A stretch of DNA of 64,000 bases from a bacterium (GTDB taxonomy: Bacteria; Electryoneota; RPQS01; DYHQ01). Where the stretch lies: positions 86,748-150,747 of the forward strand of contig JAUXGA010000003.1 of NCBI GenBank assembly GCA_030622545.1. Reading direction: 5' to 3'. This document shows positions 46,387 through 56,304 of the stretch, one piece after another (the stretch's first letter is position 1; each line of letters starts with the position of its first letter). The notes under the pieces were generated by a model, which was not told the origin of the DNA, did no database searches, and saw only the letters and a program-made list of their open reading frames with translations. A program made the position numbers and the translations under genes.

Positions 46387-47244
46387 ATGCAAATAGGTGA
46401 AGACATGTTTGAGGGACTGGAAAGCATAAACACCCGTCCTAAGCCATTTGAGTTCTATACGGCAAGTGATCTTTGGACGGATGATCATACTTCGAAGAAG
46501 ATGCTTTCTTTCCATCTGAACGAGGACATTGATGTTTCATCCCGTTGTGCAGCTTTTATCGACCGATCGGTCGAATGGATCGTTTCCCATTTCAACGTCG
46601 GCGCAGGGACAAAAATCGCTGACTTCGGATGTGGTCCCGGATTGTACGCCGCACGATTGTCCCAAAGACGAGCAGATGTTACCGGAGTCGATTTTTCAAA
46701 GCGCTCCATTCAACATGCACAGGAGGTAGCATCGTCAAAAGGATTGTCCATTCAATATGTAAATCAGAACTACCTTGAGTTTGAGAGTGACGATCGATTT
46801 CAGATCATGCTTTTGATCATGTGTGATTTCTGTGCTCTCAGTCCTAACCAAAGAAGACAAATGCTGAGCAAGTTCCACGCTCTTCTGGAACCGAATGGTT
46901 CCGTTCTACTGGATGTATATTCTCTGACGGCCTTTGAGCAGCGAGAAGAGACAGCAAAGTATGAAGCCGATCTCCTCGATGGTTTCTGGTCTCCGGATAA
47001 ATACTACGGATTCTTGAATACGTTCAAGTACGAGGAGGAGAAAGTAATTCTCGACAAATTTACGATTGTGGAAGCAGCACACACACGAACCGTCTATAAC
47101 TGGCTGCAGTATTTCACCCCTGAAACATTGGAGAAAGAACTTGTGGAATGCGGCTTTACCGTTGAAAAAATTTATTCGAATGTTGCTGGTTCACCATACA
47201 ATCCTGAAAGTCCGGAATTTGCCGTCATTGCCAAAAAGGCATAG
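46387..47244 (+). CDS. Class I SAM-dependent methyltransferase
   Basis: Motif I IADFGCGPGLY and a methyltransferase-fold length. Confidence 0.7.
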   Translation: MQIGEDMFEGLESINTRPKPFEFYTASDLWTDDHTSKKMLSFHLNEDIDVSSRCAAFIDRSVEWIVSHFNVGAGTKIADFGCGPGLYAARLSQRRADVTGVDFSKRSIQHAQEVASSKGLSIQYVNQNYLEFESDDRFQIMLLIMCDFCALSPNQRRQMLSKFHALLEPNGSVLLDVYSLTAFEQREETAKYEADLLDGFWSPDKYYGFLNTFKYEEEKVILDKFTIVEAAHTRTVYNWLQYFTPETLEKELVECGFTVEKIYSNVAGSPYNPESPEFAVIAKKA

Positions 47245-47335
47245 AATGCAAGGAGCACAGAACAAAGTGCTGCTCTCCCCCCCGCAAGCGGGGGGAGATG
47301 ATAGGGTCGGCTGCAAGCAGCCAACACCGCAGAAT

Positions 47336-47368
47336 AAAAGGAGCAGTCATGATTGGCTGCTCCTTTTT
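47336..47368. terminator. Bidirectional terminator between the convergent methyltransferase and otsA, preceded by two further hairpins at 47274-47322
   Basis: AGGAGCAG…CUGCUCCU stem flanked by A- and T-runs. Upstream lie the hairpins CCCCCCGCAAGCGGGGGG and GGCTGCAAGCAGCC. Confidence 0.6.
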
Positions 47369-47397
47369 GTGTAAATAAATCGAATTTGAATAGTATG

Positions 47398-48924
47398 TCA
47401 GGGGACTTTTTCCGTGCGGCGGGCTTCACCCATCCATAGGCCGAGGTCCATGACTTCGCTGTGCTCGTCTTCATCATCGGGTGGTGAATCCGATGAAGGG
47501 AAGTCATGCTCGCCGAAAGCGGTCAGGAACCATCCTACCCAGCGATAGACATCATTGCGGCGAATTTCCGCGCGGAGGGTTCGCATGCGGCGGCGGCGTT
47601 CGTCGGCATCCATGTGATAGGCGCGATGAATCGTATCGGCCATTCCTTCGATGTCATAAGGATTCGCCATGAGCGCGCCTTTGGAAAGCTGGTCGGCGGT
47701 GCCCGCGAATTCGCTGAGAATAAGCACGCCGTTGTTGTCAACACTGGCGGCGCAATATTCCTTTGCGACCAAGTTCATCCCGTCGCGAAGCGGAGTGACG
47801 AACGCGATTTCGCAGGCTTTGTAATGCCCTAAAAGCTGCGCCCGTTCGAGACTTTGGAAGACATAGTGAATCGGAATCCATCCGTGCTGCGAAAATTTCG
47901 CGTTGATGCGACCGACAAGACCGTCCAATGTTTCCTTCAATTTCTGATAGCCGGGCACATCGGCGCGGCTGGGAATAAGAACCTGAACGAGGGAGATATT
48001 TTCGCGCAAGTCCGGATATTTTTCCAACGCGCGTTCAAAGGACAGGAATCGTTCCGGGATGCCTTTCGTATAGTCGAGGCGATCCAGTCCCAGCAAAAGT
48101 TGTCTGCCGGGAAGATTTTCGTGGAGATACCACGCGGCTTCCGCGGCTTCCTCTGTGCGTGCTCCTTCGTCGAATTCTTTGAAGTCGATACTGATGGGAA
48201 AATGCGCCACCTTCACTGTGCGTTCGCCATACTGGATAAACGAAAGCCGCCGCTTGATGGTAACCCAGATTTCGGGGATGAGCGCTTTGACGCATTGCGT
48301 AAAATTGCGACGGTCGCGCAGTGTTTGAAATCCGAGCAGGTCGTATTCCATGAGTGCGCGAATAATTTCCCGCTTCCACGGCAGGCGGCGAAAGAGATCG
48401 AGCGATGGAAAAGGAATATGCAGGAAAAAGGCAAGAGGGCGTTTCACATTTAATTTTCTCAGATGATGAGCGACAAGCATTAATTGATAATCATGAATCC
48501 ATAGAAAATCCTTCGGGCGAATATGCTGTGAAATCGTCTCTGCAAATTTGCGGTTGACATCGACGTAAGTGTTCCAATCTTCCAAATCGAATTTGCAATA
48601 ACCTAAAAGATCATGAAAGAGAGGCCAGATGGCTTCGTTAGAGAATCCATGGTAATATTTTTCGACTTCGTCTTGTGCGAGAAAAACCGGAGCCAAATCG
48701 AACGATTGCTTCTGGCTGAAGTCGTTCAGCAAATCACCAATGGCTTCCTTTTCCCCAGGCCCAGGCCATCCAGCCCACAAGCCCCGACTTTTTTTCATGA
48801 CGGGTGTGAGCGCGGTAATCAAGCCGCCGGCTCCGGGACGGATGTGCTGATTTTCGCCATCCTGTTCGACAACAACCGGCAGCCGGTTTGAAATGATAAA
48901 AAGCCGTTTCCATTTCATTCGCAT
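47398..48924 (-). CDS. otsA: Alpha,alpha-trehalose-phosphate synthase (GT20)
   Basis: N-terminal LFIISNRLPVVVEQDGE…PGAGGLITAL and WIHDYQLMLVAHHLR, typical of OtsA. 508 aa. Confidence 0.85.
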   Translation of the reverse strand: MRMKWKRLFIISNRLPVVVEQDGENQHIRPGAGGLITALTPVMKKSRGLWAGWPGPGEKEAIGDLLNDFSQKQSFDLAPVFLAQDEVEKYYHGFSNEAIWPLFHDLLGYCKFDLEDWNTYVDVNRKFAETISQHIRPKDFLWIHDYQLMLVAHHLRKLNVKRPLAFFLHIPFPSLDLFRRLPWKREIIRALMEYDLLGFQTLRDRRNFTQCVKALIPEIWVTIKRRLSFIQYGERTVKVAHFPISIDFKEFDEGARTEEAAEAAWYLHENLPGRQLLLGLDRLDYTKGIPERFLSFERALEKYPDLRENISLVQVLIPSRADVPGYQKLKETLDGLVGRINAKFSQHGWIPIHYVFQSLERAQLLGHYKACEIAFVTPLRDGMNLVAKEYCAASVDNNGVLILSEFAGTADQLSKGALMANPYDIEGMADTIHRAYHMDADERRRRMRTLRAEIRRNDVYRWVGWFLTAFGEHDFPSSDSPPDDEDEHSEVMDLGLWMGEARRTEKVP

Positions 48925-48939
48925 AGCTTTTCCTAACGT

Positions 48940-49989
48940 TTACTTTTGAATATACAGAGTCTGTGTGGGATAAGCGAATTCGATTTTTTCTGTTTCGAAT
49001 TTGCGGCAGAGTTTCAAATTTATTTCCTGCTGAATATCCATATACAAGTTGTAATCTCCGCTTGCTACATAGTAGACGACTTCGAAAATCAAAGCCGAGT
49101 CGCCAAACTTCTGAAAGTGTGCGCGGTCGAACCGAATCTTATCAATCGATTCGATAATTTCTTTTACCATCGCAGGAATCGCTTCTGCTTTGTCGGCCGG
49201 CGTCTGATAAACCACGCCGAAAGAGAAAACAATTCGCCGTTCCTTCATGCGCTTGTAATTCTTCACGCGGCTGTTGATTAAGTCCGAATTCGCGAAAATA
49301 AGTTGTTCACCCGAAAGGCTGCGAAGGCGGGTTGTTTTCACACCGATGCTCTCCACCGTCCCCAGAAAATCTCCCACAATGATGAAATCACCGACTTCAA
49401 AGGGTTTATCCAAGACAATGGACACCGAGTTGAACACGTCACTCAAAATATTCTGCACCGCTAAGGCAATCGCAATGCCGCCAATTCCCAGTCCGGTAAT
49501 TAGCGGGGTGATTTCGATGTTCAGATTGTCCAACGCCAGAAGGATAACCACCAGCCACAAAACCAAGCGAGCGAAGAATGTGATAACGCCGTAAGCCGAA
49601 GCGCTCGCGGGATCTTCGGCTTTCTTCTTCTGAACTTCCCGGCTGATCCAAAAAGAGATAAGCGCATTTCCCCAAAAACCAACCTGCAAAAAGACAATGA
49701 TCAAAACAACAATCTGAACGATTCGTGATACGGTTTCCGGCAACACGACGAACTGCAGGCCGATATAGAGCGATAGAATTAGAAGCGAAAGATATTTGGT
49801 GTCTCTAAAAACCGCCAGAATCGCATCATCGATGTCTGTTTTGGTACGCTGTGCAATGGCGGCAAGTCGCCTGCTGACAAAACTTATGATGATTCGGAGA
49901 ATAAATGGAAGAACAATCGTTATGACGGCGGCGAGTAGCCAGCCCCACAAGGGATTGCCGTAGTATGTCGAATACAGGAAGTTCATCAA
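48940..49989 (-). CDS. Mechanosensitive ion channel, MscS family
   Basis: TM helices followed by the MscS beta-domain signature PFEVGDFIIVGDFLGTVESIGVKTTRLRSLSGEQLIFANSDL. Confidence 0.8.
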   Translation of the reverse strand: MMNFLYSTYYGNPLWGWLLAAVITIVLPFILRIIISFVSRRLAAIAQRTKTDIDDAILAVFRDTKYLSLLILSLYIGLQFVVLPETVSRIVQIVVLIIVFLQVGFWGNALISFWISREVQKKKAEDPASASAYGVITFFARLVLWLVVILLALDNLNIEITPLITGLGIGGIAIALAVQNILSDVFNSVSIVLDKPFEVGDFIIVGDFLGTVESIGVKTTRLRSLSGEQLIFANSDLINSRVKNYKRMKERRIVFSFGVVYQTPADKAEAIPAMVKEIIESIDKIRFDRAHFQKFGDSALIFEVVYYVASGDYNLYMDIQQEINLKLCRKFETEKIEFAYPTQTLYIQK

Positions 49990-50777
49990 TTACCTCTGCA
50001 AATAGTTATCCAATTTTTTAGGAACTCGATAAGATCATCCGGAGGCTGAAGCCACAGGTCTGCTGCTGTCGAACGAAACTTCGGACGCACTAAAACCGCG
50101 AGTCCTTTTCCTTTCAGCTCGCGGAAGGCGTCTTCGTCGGTTAAATCGTCTCCCAGATAAGCCATAGTCGCTCCTTCGCTCATCTCCGAAATTATTGTGC
50201 GCACCGCGACGCCTTTATCTTTTCCCGCCGCTCTCAGTTCAATTCCCCCATCAAATTCCTTCGCGATAAGGCCGGAATCCTCTGGAAGTGATGACCATTT
50301 CCGCAGCGCTTTCTCTCGAATTTCACGCACGATGCTTTCATTTGTTCCTCGCCAGTGCAGAGCGAAACCCGCTGGTTTTGGTTCGTACCGTGGCTGCAAT
50401 CCTTCTGCTTCAATCCAATCGGGCACTTGGGCGAGAACTCGCCGTATCGGTTCACTTAAATCAGGCGCCACATGTCTGCCGTCCGGCAGAAGGCGTTCCC
50501 ATCCGTGCGAGCCCCAGATTTCGGGCAGTTGTTTCAGACGCAGCAACGGGACAAGGTCGTCGATTGCGCGACCGCTGATGATAACGACTCGAAGTTGTTT
50601 CGCGTCAATCAGAGCACTTAAAAGCTCCCGGACACCCGGATAGAGTGTGGCTTCATCCCGTTCAACACGGAACGGAGCCAGCGTCCCATCGTAGTCCAGC
50701 AGGAGTGCGCGGTTCGAGGCGCGGCGCAGTTTTTTGAAAAAGGTATTTAAGTGGGTATCCTCATTGAGGATTTTCAT
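49986..50777 (-). CDS. otsB: Trehalose-6-phosphate phosphatase (HAD-IIB)
   Basis: HAD motif I LLLDYDGTLAP. The length and downstream motifs fit OtsB. It overlaps its neighbours by 4 and 17 nt, indicating an operon. Confidence 0.8.
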   Translation of the reverse strand: MKILNEDTHLNTFFKKLRRASNRALLLDYDGTLAPFRVERDEATLYPGVRELLSALIDAKQLRVVIISGRAIDDLVPLLRLKQLPEIWGSHGWERLLPDGRHVAPDLSEPIRRVLAQVPDWIEAEGLQPRYEPKPAGFALHWRGTNESIVREIREKALRKWSSLPEDSGLIAKEFDGGIELRAAGKDKGVAVRTIISEMSEGATMAYLGDDLTDEDAFRELKGKGLAVLVRPKFRSTAADLWLQPPDDLIEFLKNWITICRGN

Positions 50778-52017
50778 AGGACTGATCCGCCATAAGGCGA
50801 TCGGATAAACCCAAACGCAATCCTAACATAAGCGTCAGGTATTCGCGCAGGTGACGGGTGAGCAGGAAATTTTCTCTAACGAATTGCCGGGCGGTTTCTC
50901 CCATAACATCCATACGCTCCGGTCGTCGAAGGAGTTCTCGCATTCTCAGCGCAGCGCCTTCGGGGGAATTCACGAGGAAGCCGGTGTGATGATTGAAGAC
51001 CTGAAGACGAATGCCTCCTGCGTTCCCGCCAATTACCGGTTTGCCTTTCCACATCGCCTCGGTGACAGTAAGCCCGAAACCTTCTTGAAGCGATTTTTGA
51101 ACGACGATGGTCGATGCGCGCTGAAGCGCATTGATGGTTCGGTGAGCATCACTGGGGAGAAGGAGCACGTGGATATGCGGATTTCCCTGAGCGGCTTCCT
51201 GAACTTCTTCAAGCACAGCCGCGCCTTCCGGGTCGTCTGTTGCTCCTCCTCCGGCGAGGATGAGTTCCGCTTCCATTGTCTCTGTCAGCATTTGAAACGC
51301 TTCAATGACGCCGATGGGATCTTTGAAACTATCAAACCGAGAAACTTGTGTGATAATCGGAACATCATTCGGAATTCCGTATCGTTCCAACGTTTCTTCG
51401 ATTTCGCGGGATGGAATATCGCAGTTTTTTTCACTGAGCGGATCGATACTGGGAGCGATAATGAATTGCGGATGCTCCAGCGATTGAGCAAAATCGGGCA
51501 TCGAGTAAATGCTGGCATCATAACCCGATACTTTCGATTTTAGATAACCCCAGACTTTTCGCACCGGATGACTAACATCGATATGGCAGCGCCAGACCCA
51601 TTTTCCTTTTCGCTTCGGGCAGAGTTCCAACAGAGGCGCCGGTTGAGGGTCGTGGATAAAAACAAAATCCGCTTCTTCTAAAATTGGCCGAAGCCGTTCG
51701 GCGTTCTGGCGTGCGGTTTCCTCATAGACTTCAATCTTAGATGGAGGCAGCGTGACCGGTTTGCCCTGCAGACCGTTGTGAAAAGCTTTGGTTGTTTTGT
51801 AATAATCTTCTTTGCCTTCCACAACTTCCCAAGACGCATCTAATCCAAGATCCTGCATCAGAGGAACGAGCCAAACCAGAATTTCGGCAACGCCGCCTCC
51901 CACGCGTGTCGAATTGACATGGACGACTTTCGTTCCCTCCAAATCGTCCGCCAACTGACGCAACTGAGATACGGCAACAAGCCCGGCAACATCTTCGTAT
52001 GCTTTCAAACCCTTCAT
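50761..52017 (-). CDS. treT: Trehalose glycosyltransferring synthase TreT-like GT4 glycosyltransferase
   Basis: VHVNSTRVGGGVAEIL…LVPL, WRCHIDVS, PSIDPLSEKN, PIITQVSRFD, DDPEG and EGFGLTVTEAMWKGKPVIG closely parallel archaeal/bacterial TreT. From memory, not searched. Confidence 0.75.
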   Translation of the reverse strand: MKGLKAYEDVAGLVAVSQLRQLADDLEGTKVVHVNSTRVGGGVAEILVWLVPLMQDLGLDASWEVVEGKEDYYKTTKAFHNGLQGKPVTLPPSKIEVYEETARQNAERLRPILEEADFVFIHDPQPAPLLELCPKRKGKWVWRCHIDVSHPVRKVWGYLKSKVSGYDASIYSMPDFAQSLEHPQFIIAPSIDPLSEKNCDIPSREIEETLERYGIPNDVPIITQVSRFDSFKDPIGVIEAFQMLTETMEAELILAGGGATDDPEGAAVLEEVQEAAQGNPHIHVLLLPSDAHRTINALQRASTIVVQKSLQEGFGLTVTEAMWKGKPVIGGNAGGIRLQVFNHHTGFLVNSPEGAALRMRELLRRPERMDVMGETARQFVRENFLLTRHLREYLTLMLGLRLGLSDRLMADQSYENPQ

Positions 52018-52700
52018 CGAACTTCAACTCCCCCCTGAAAGGCAGCCTGAGCAGCCTTCACGAGAGCGTCCTTTAATTCCGAAAGGCTTAAAAAATAAAA
52101 GTCGATATGAGCAAATGCTCGAAGGAGTTCCTCGGGTTTTTCTTCCAAATCCGCCAGCCATGTCGTGAAATCATCCGTTCCATCCGGCGTGCGCCTTCGC
52201 GCTTCCACGAAATGATAATAAATCGCGCTGAGGCTCATGTCCGGCAGATGATTGACCAAATCTTCAGCCGTCTCCAATGTTGCATGTGTGTCAAAGACAA
52301 TTGTTACTCCCCGCATAAAGCGAAACTCTTCTCCCTTGGGAACCCAGGGGATATACGGAACTTCACTCAAGCGTTCGTCTAATATATCAAGAACTTTCTC
52401 GCGGAGAGAGTCGATATTTTTGAAAATATAAGGGTTGATAATTCCGAGTCTCTCGGCGAGCACGCGGTCGCGGAGATGGCGCGATGCCCACACGGCAAAA
52501 TCGTTTCGAAATTCCGGATCATCAAACGTCGGACGCACGAGTGTTTCGCAGAAGTGATGGTACAGAGTTTCGGCGGGACATACGGCGATACGTTCCCGCA
52601 GCTCCCGCAGATTCACCGCTGAACTCACTCCGCCCATGCGAGTAATAATCGCACAGTCCTGGACTTTAAAGGGAGGTCTATCCGTTTTTTCTGATACCAT
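52014..52700 (-). CDS. Hypothetical protein, first gene of the trehalose operon
   Basis: 228 aa with no recognisable motif. There is a 4-nt overlap with treT. Confidence 0.45.
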   Translation of the reverse strand: MVSEKTDRPPFKVQDCAIITRMGGVSSAVNLRELRERIAVCPAETLYHHFCETLVRPTFDDPEFRNDFAVWASRHLRDRVLAERLGIINPYIFKNIDSLREKVLDILDERLSEVPYIPWVPKGEEFRFMRGVTIVFDTHATLETAEDLVNHLPDMSLSAIYYHFVEARRRTPDGTDDFTTWLADLEEKPEELLRAFAHIDFYFLSLSELKDALVKAAQAAFQGGVEVR

Positions 52701-52863
52701 GACTTCTGTTCTTTCGGTTGAAAATACAGAGTAGGTTTCTATATCGTTTGATTACAGCGAATTATGTTGCCAAAAGACGAATTGCGGTTTAACCGCAGAT
52801 GACCCTCTTACTAACCTAAGAAGAATTTTATGGAAAATCAAGAACAAGATTAGAATCTCAAGC

Positions 52864-52897
52864 AATAAATAAAGGAGCAAGTTTCATACCTGCTCCT
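52864..52897 (-). terminator. Rho-independent terminator of the beta-propeller lipoprotein gene
   Basis: AGGAGCA(A)G…CUGCUCCU hairpin followed by a U-rich run on the minus strand. Confidence 0.5.
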
Positions 52898-52941
52898 TCA
52901 AATCTTTTTCATCGCCGCGGCATGTGTCCCGCAAATCTATT

Positions 52942-53979
52942 TTATAAATCCGGGAGAATAACGCAGGGACTGGTGCCGACGATGTAAGATGCATAAACGC
53001 TGTCGCCGCGTAATTCATCGATGCGGTTATCATCGAAGCAGGAAACGAAAATGCGTCCGTCTTCGAGAATCGCGATATCGTTTACTCCATTGCCTGTAGC
53101 GATGGGGTTTTCTGAGTCGTGCAATATCTCGCCGGTATCATACCGATATTTCAAGACAATGCCCGCAGGAGCGCCGGCGAAAGCCCAGCCTCCCGCCGAA
53201 AGATAAGCCGTCGTGTCCGGTGCAAACGCAACATGATTCGGAGTTCCTCCCGTTTCGATAATTCTGTGAATGGAAAGCGAATGGGGATTCACAATATATA
53301 CCTTGCCCGGAACGCCGGAATAGTCTCCGGTACATACCACATGCAGCCAGCCTAAAGGATCCATCAGAATATCCTGTGGATTGATTCCCACCTGCAGCGA
53401 GTCCACAACGTCCCAACTGTTCAAATCATATTTCCAAACGGAGCCTTCAAGAAACGTATAGGTACCGAAATCATAACCGGTATTCGCAACATAAGCAAAA
53501 TCTCCCGCGACAGCAATCGGCCCGGGCGCTGTGCCCGCCTCAAGGGTTCGCACGATTTGTCGCGACTCCAGCGACAAGACGCTGATGCTGTTTTGTATGC
53601 AGTTCGTGATGAGCAGGTTTCCACGTCCATCGGATGCGACTGCCCACGGATTATTATTCTGAGCAACTCCAACATCCACCACGCCGTCTGGAGAAAGTGT
53701 TCCGTCATCAGCAATGTGAAAGAAGTTCAAGTCGTTGGACAGGCTGTTGACAACAATGAGTAAATCTCCAGCGATGGTCATGTCATTGGGGGAATTCCCA
53801 AGGCCGAAAACATCATTGCTGACATCTCCCGACTCCAGATTGATAACCGACAGCGTGGTCATGTTTGCCACAAAAAGATTTGTCGGTCCGGTTTGAATAG
53901 GTGGAGAATTGTCCTCGCTCTCATCACATCCAATTGCGAAAATCAGAACAAGAAGGGAAAGTAATAAGGCACGATGCAT
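52942..53979 (-). CDS. Beta-propeller (YVTN/NHL-like repeat) surface lipoprotein, BtuG-like candidate
   Basis: Lipoprotein signal MHRALLLSLLVLIFAIGC. Repeated …L(F/I)V.N…S.(I/L)…-type blades. Located directly downstream of the riboswitch-controlled TonB receptor. Confidence 0.4.
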   Translation of the reverse strand: MHRALLLSLLVLIFAIGCDESEDNSPPIQTGPTNLFVANMTTLSVINLESGDVSNDVFGLGNSPNDMTIAGDLLIVVNSLSNDLNFFHIADDGTLSPDGVVDVGVAQNNNPWAVASDGRGNLLITNCIQNSISVLSLESRQIVRTLEAGTAPGPIAVAGDFAYVANTGYDFGTYTFLEGSVWKYDLNSWDVVDSLQVGINPQDILMDPLGWLHVVCTGDYSGVPGKVYIVNPHSLSIHRIIETGGTPNHVAFAPDTTAYLSAGGWAFAGAPAGIVLKYRYDTGEILHDSENPIATGNGVNDIAILEDGRIFVSCFDDNRIDELRGDSVYASYIVGTSPCVILPDL

Positions 53980-53998
53980 GATCGTCTCCAAGTAAAGA

Positions 53999-56299
53999 TT
54001 ATTTTTCGATAGACAATTGCAATTCATAATTGCGTCCGGGCATCGGGGAGCGCTCGATAATCATGTAGTCTTTGTTCAGTATGTTGCTTACTCGCCAGCG
54101 AATCGCGAATTTTGCGAGGGACAGTTTTTTGTTCCATCCGAGTGATAGATCGAAGACGGTGAAGGGTTTCAAATCGCGTTGCGCCGTCGAGAGCGGATCT
54201 GTGTTGTCTTCCGTCGTATATCTGCGTCCCATCATGCGTGCGCCAAAAGACCATTCGAAATTCCGTACTCGCGCTTCAACGGAAGCTCCTCCTTGCGCCT
54301 GAGGTTGAAGCGGCAGAACTTTGTTCATAAAATGCGGCTCAGGTGTCTTGTTGAGGGGCTGCTGCAGTGTAGTATGTCCTCGAACAAGCAATCTGTCTTC
54401 GAAGATAGAAATATTCCCGGAGAATTCGACTCCCTTGATTTCTCCAATCGCCAGATTATCCGGCCAGTATTGACCTCGAAAATTGCGACGCCAGACAATC
54501 ATATCCTCGATTCGATTCCAAAACGCGCTGACCGAACACTCGAAAGAGGGTAATCGGTCGCCGCGCTTGTGATGATGCCTCAATAAAAATCCGACATCAC
54601 CATCGCGACCGCGTTCGGGTTTCAGATGCCGGTTTCCCATAGCGAATTCGCTTTCGACGAGAAACAGACTGACAAACGAAGGCATTTGATAGGACGAACC
54701 GTAGCTGCCGGAAAAAATCAGATTCCATCGCGATTCCTTCAGAGGCGTTATCGCGAAATGAATTCGCCCGGTGGTATGCGTTTCGTGTTCAAGCTCTGTC
54801 TGTTCTACAGCATCGATTCGTCCCTGCGCAGTTAATTGCAAAAACTGCTTTTGTCCCGGCAAAATATGAGTGGTGCCGACACCACTGAGCGCGTTACGAC
54901 AGACATATCCCAAGCTTCGAGAGGAAAGCTGTCCGTCATTCAGGCGATCCGTTCCCCTGTATTCGTCGCGGCGAAAATGCAGACCGGCTGTGACTTGACT
55001 GACCGGGAAACGGTATTTATCATTCGTGAAAGAACCCGTGAGAAATCCGCCCCATTGGCGATTTATATCTTCCGTCCAGACGGGAGCGTGATAGTAAGTT
55101 TCATCCTCTTGAGAGTCATATTGCAAACGCGGGCTGTGATACTCCCGGTTTTGAAATGAATAATAATTCGAAAGCGTCATGCGAAAAGGAGAACGCCGCC
55201 AATTCAATTGCGAAGAGACTCGCAAGGGCTCGTCTTTGATGGTTGCCTCTGGCGTAGGAGCCTGCGAAATAAGTCCGGGCGAACCACGCTCTCGGGAATC
55301 CATATTGAATTGCGACTGCCATTGCCATTGATTGGCAAACTGCCATGTGGCTGAAAGCTGACCCATCGAACGCCGAGAGTGATTGTTTATGCGTTCTTTT
55401 TCTTCGCCATTGTCTTCGTAAGAAAAATTTCCTTTTGAACGACTGTGACGAGCATAAATTTCGAATGTCGGTCCGGGTGTGGGAATTCGCATTTGCGCTC
55501 GCCCTTCACCATACCCAAAACTTCCTCCCAAAGTGGTCAGTTTGAAAGCAGGAGATTTCTCGGCTTGAGCAGGCATGCGGGTTGTAATTCGAATCACACC
55601 GCCTAAAGCTCCCGACCCGGATAACGTCGAAGCGCCGCCGCGGATAATTTCAATCCGCTCGATTTGATCAGAAGGGAATTGGGACAGGTCAACCGCGCCG
55701 CCGGAAGCCGCGTTCATGGGGATATCATCCACTTCGACAGCAATCTGGTCCGGACGGCAGCCACGAATGGAAACCGTTTTGCGTCCCCCCCGTCCTCCTT
55801 CCTCATAAACCGTCACACCGGGAACTTGCTTCAAAGCATCCGCGGCATCTGCCGCGCCTTGACGAATAATTTCCGTGCTTTGAAGAACCGTCACTGACGG
55901 TCCGCGGGAAATATCGGGCGGCAGTGTGGAGACAGTAACAGAGGGGAGTTCAATAGGCGTTGGCTGCAACCTAAAGCCAAGAAAAGTCGTTTCGCCTTCC
56001 CGGATTTGTACATCCGTTTCGGTGAAGGTTTCGTAGCCGATATGACGGACTTGCACATCATAGAATCCGGCCGTGAGTCCTCGAATCTCGAAGCGTCCAT
56101 TCGCATCCGACAGCGTGCCTTTGCCGGTCCCCATCATAGCAACATGAGCCTGCGCGAGCATTTCTCCTGTGTCTGCATCGCGGATAATGCCGGACAGATT
56201 CACGTGTACCTGCGCGAAACCAGACTGTACAAGGAAGCAGAAGAGTATCGCCAGCCATAATATCAAGCGGAATGCGATTATTTTGTTGGGTGGAATCAT
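53999..56299 (-). CDS. btuB: TonB-dependent outer-membrane receptor with N-terminal carboxypeptidase-regulatory-like domain (BtuB-like, B12 riboswitch controlled)
   Basis: Signal peptide from MIPPNKIIAFRL…; the ORF track extends to 56332. CarbopepD_reg-like segment GIIRDADTGEML…GFYDVQV. Plug and barrel regions. The assignment to B12 uptake rests on the upstream riboswitch. Confidence 0.75.
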   Translation of the reverse strand: MIPPNKIIAFRLILWLAILFCFLVQSGFAQVHVNLSGIIRDADTGEMLAQAHVAMMGTGKGTLSDANGRFEIRGLTAGFYDVQVRHIGYETFTETDVQIREGETTFLGFRLQPTPIELPSVTVSTLPPDISRGPSVTVLQSTEIIRQGAADAADALKQVPGVTVYEEGGRGGRKTVSIRGCRPDQIAVEVDDIPMNAASGGAVDLSQFPSDQIERIEIIRGGASTLSGSGALGGVIRITTRMPAQAEKSPAFKLTTLGGSFGYGEGRAQMRIPTPGPTFEIYARHSRSKGNFSYEDNGEEKERINNHSRRSMGQLSATWQFANQWQWQSQFNMDSRERGSPGLISQAPTPEATIKDEPLRVSSQLNWRRSPFRMTLSNYYSFQNREYHSPRLQYDSQEDETYYHAPVWTEDINRQWGGFLTGSFTNDKYRFPVSQVTAGLHFRRDEYRGTDRLNDGQLSSRSLGYVCRNALSGVGTTHILPGQKQFLQLTAQGRIDAVEQTELEHETHTTGRIHFAITPLKESRWNLIFSGSYGSSYQMPSFVSLFLVESEFAMGNRHLKPERGRDGDVGFLLRHHHKRGDRLPSFECSVSAFWNRIEDMIVWRRNFRGQYWPDNLAIGEIKGVEFSGNISIFEDRLLVRGHTTLQQPLNKTPEPHFMNKVLPLQPQAQGGASVEARVRNFEWSFGARMMGRRYTTEDNTDPLSTAQRDLKPFTVFDLSLGWNKKLSLAKFAIRWRVSNILNKDYMIIERSPMPGRNYELQLSIEK

Positions 56300-56304
56300 A
56301 AAGT

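Noticed and set aside
46177-46515. ORFs 46177-46515 (-) and 30778-30981 (+) whose translations resemble each other (…FNQQQLPHLRKS(L/F)RFHPA(Q/K)IN…)
   Set aside because: They are the antisense frames of the near-identical T9SS C-terminal modules of genes A and B. The similarity is a by-product of the sense-strand conservation.
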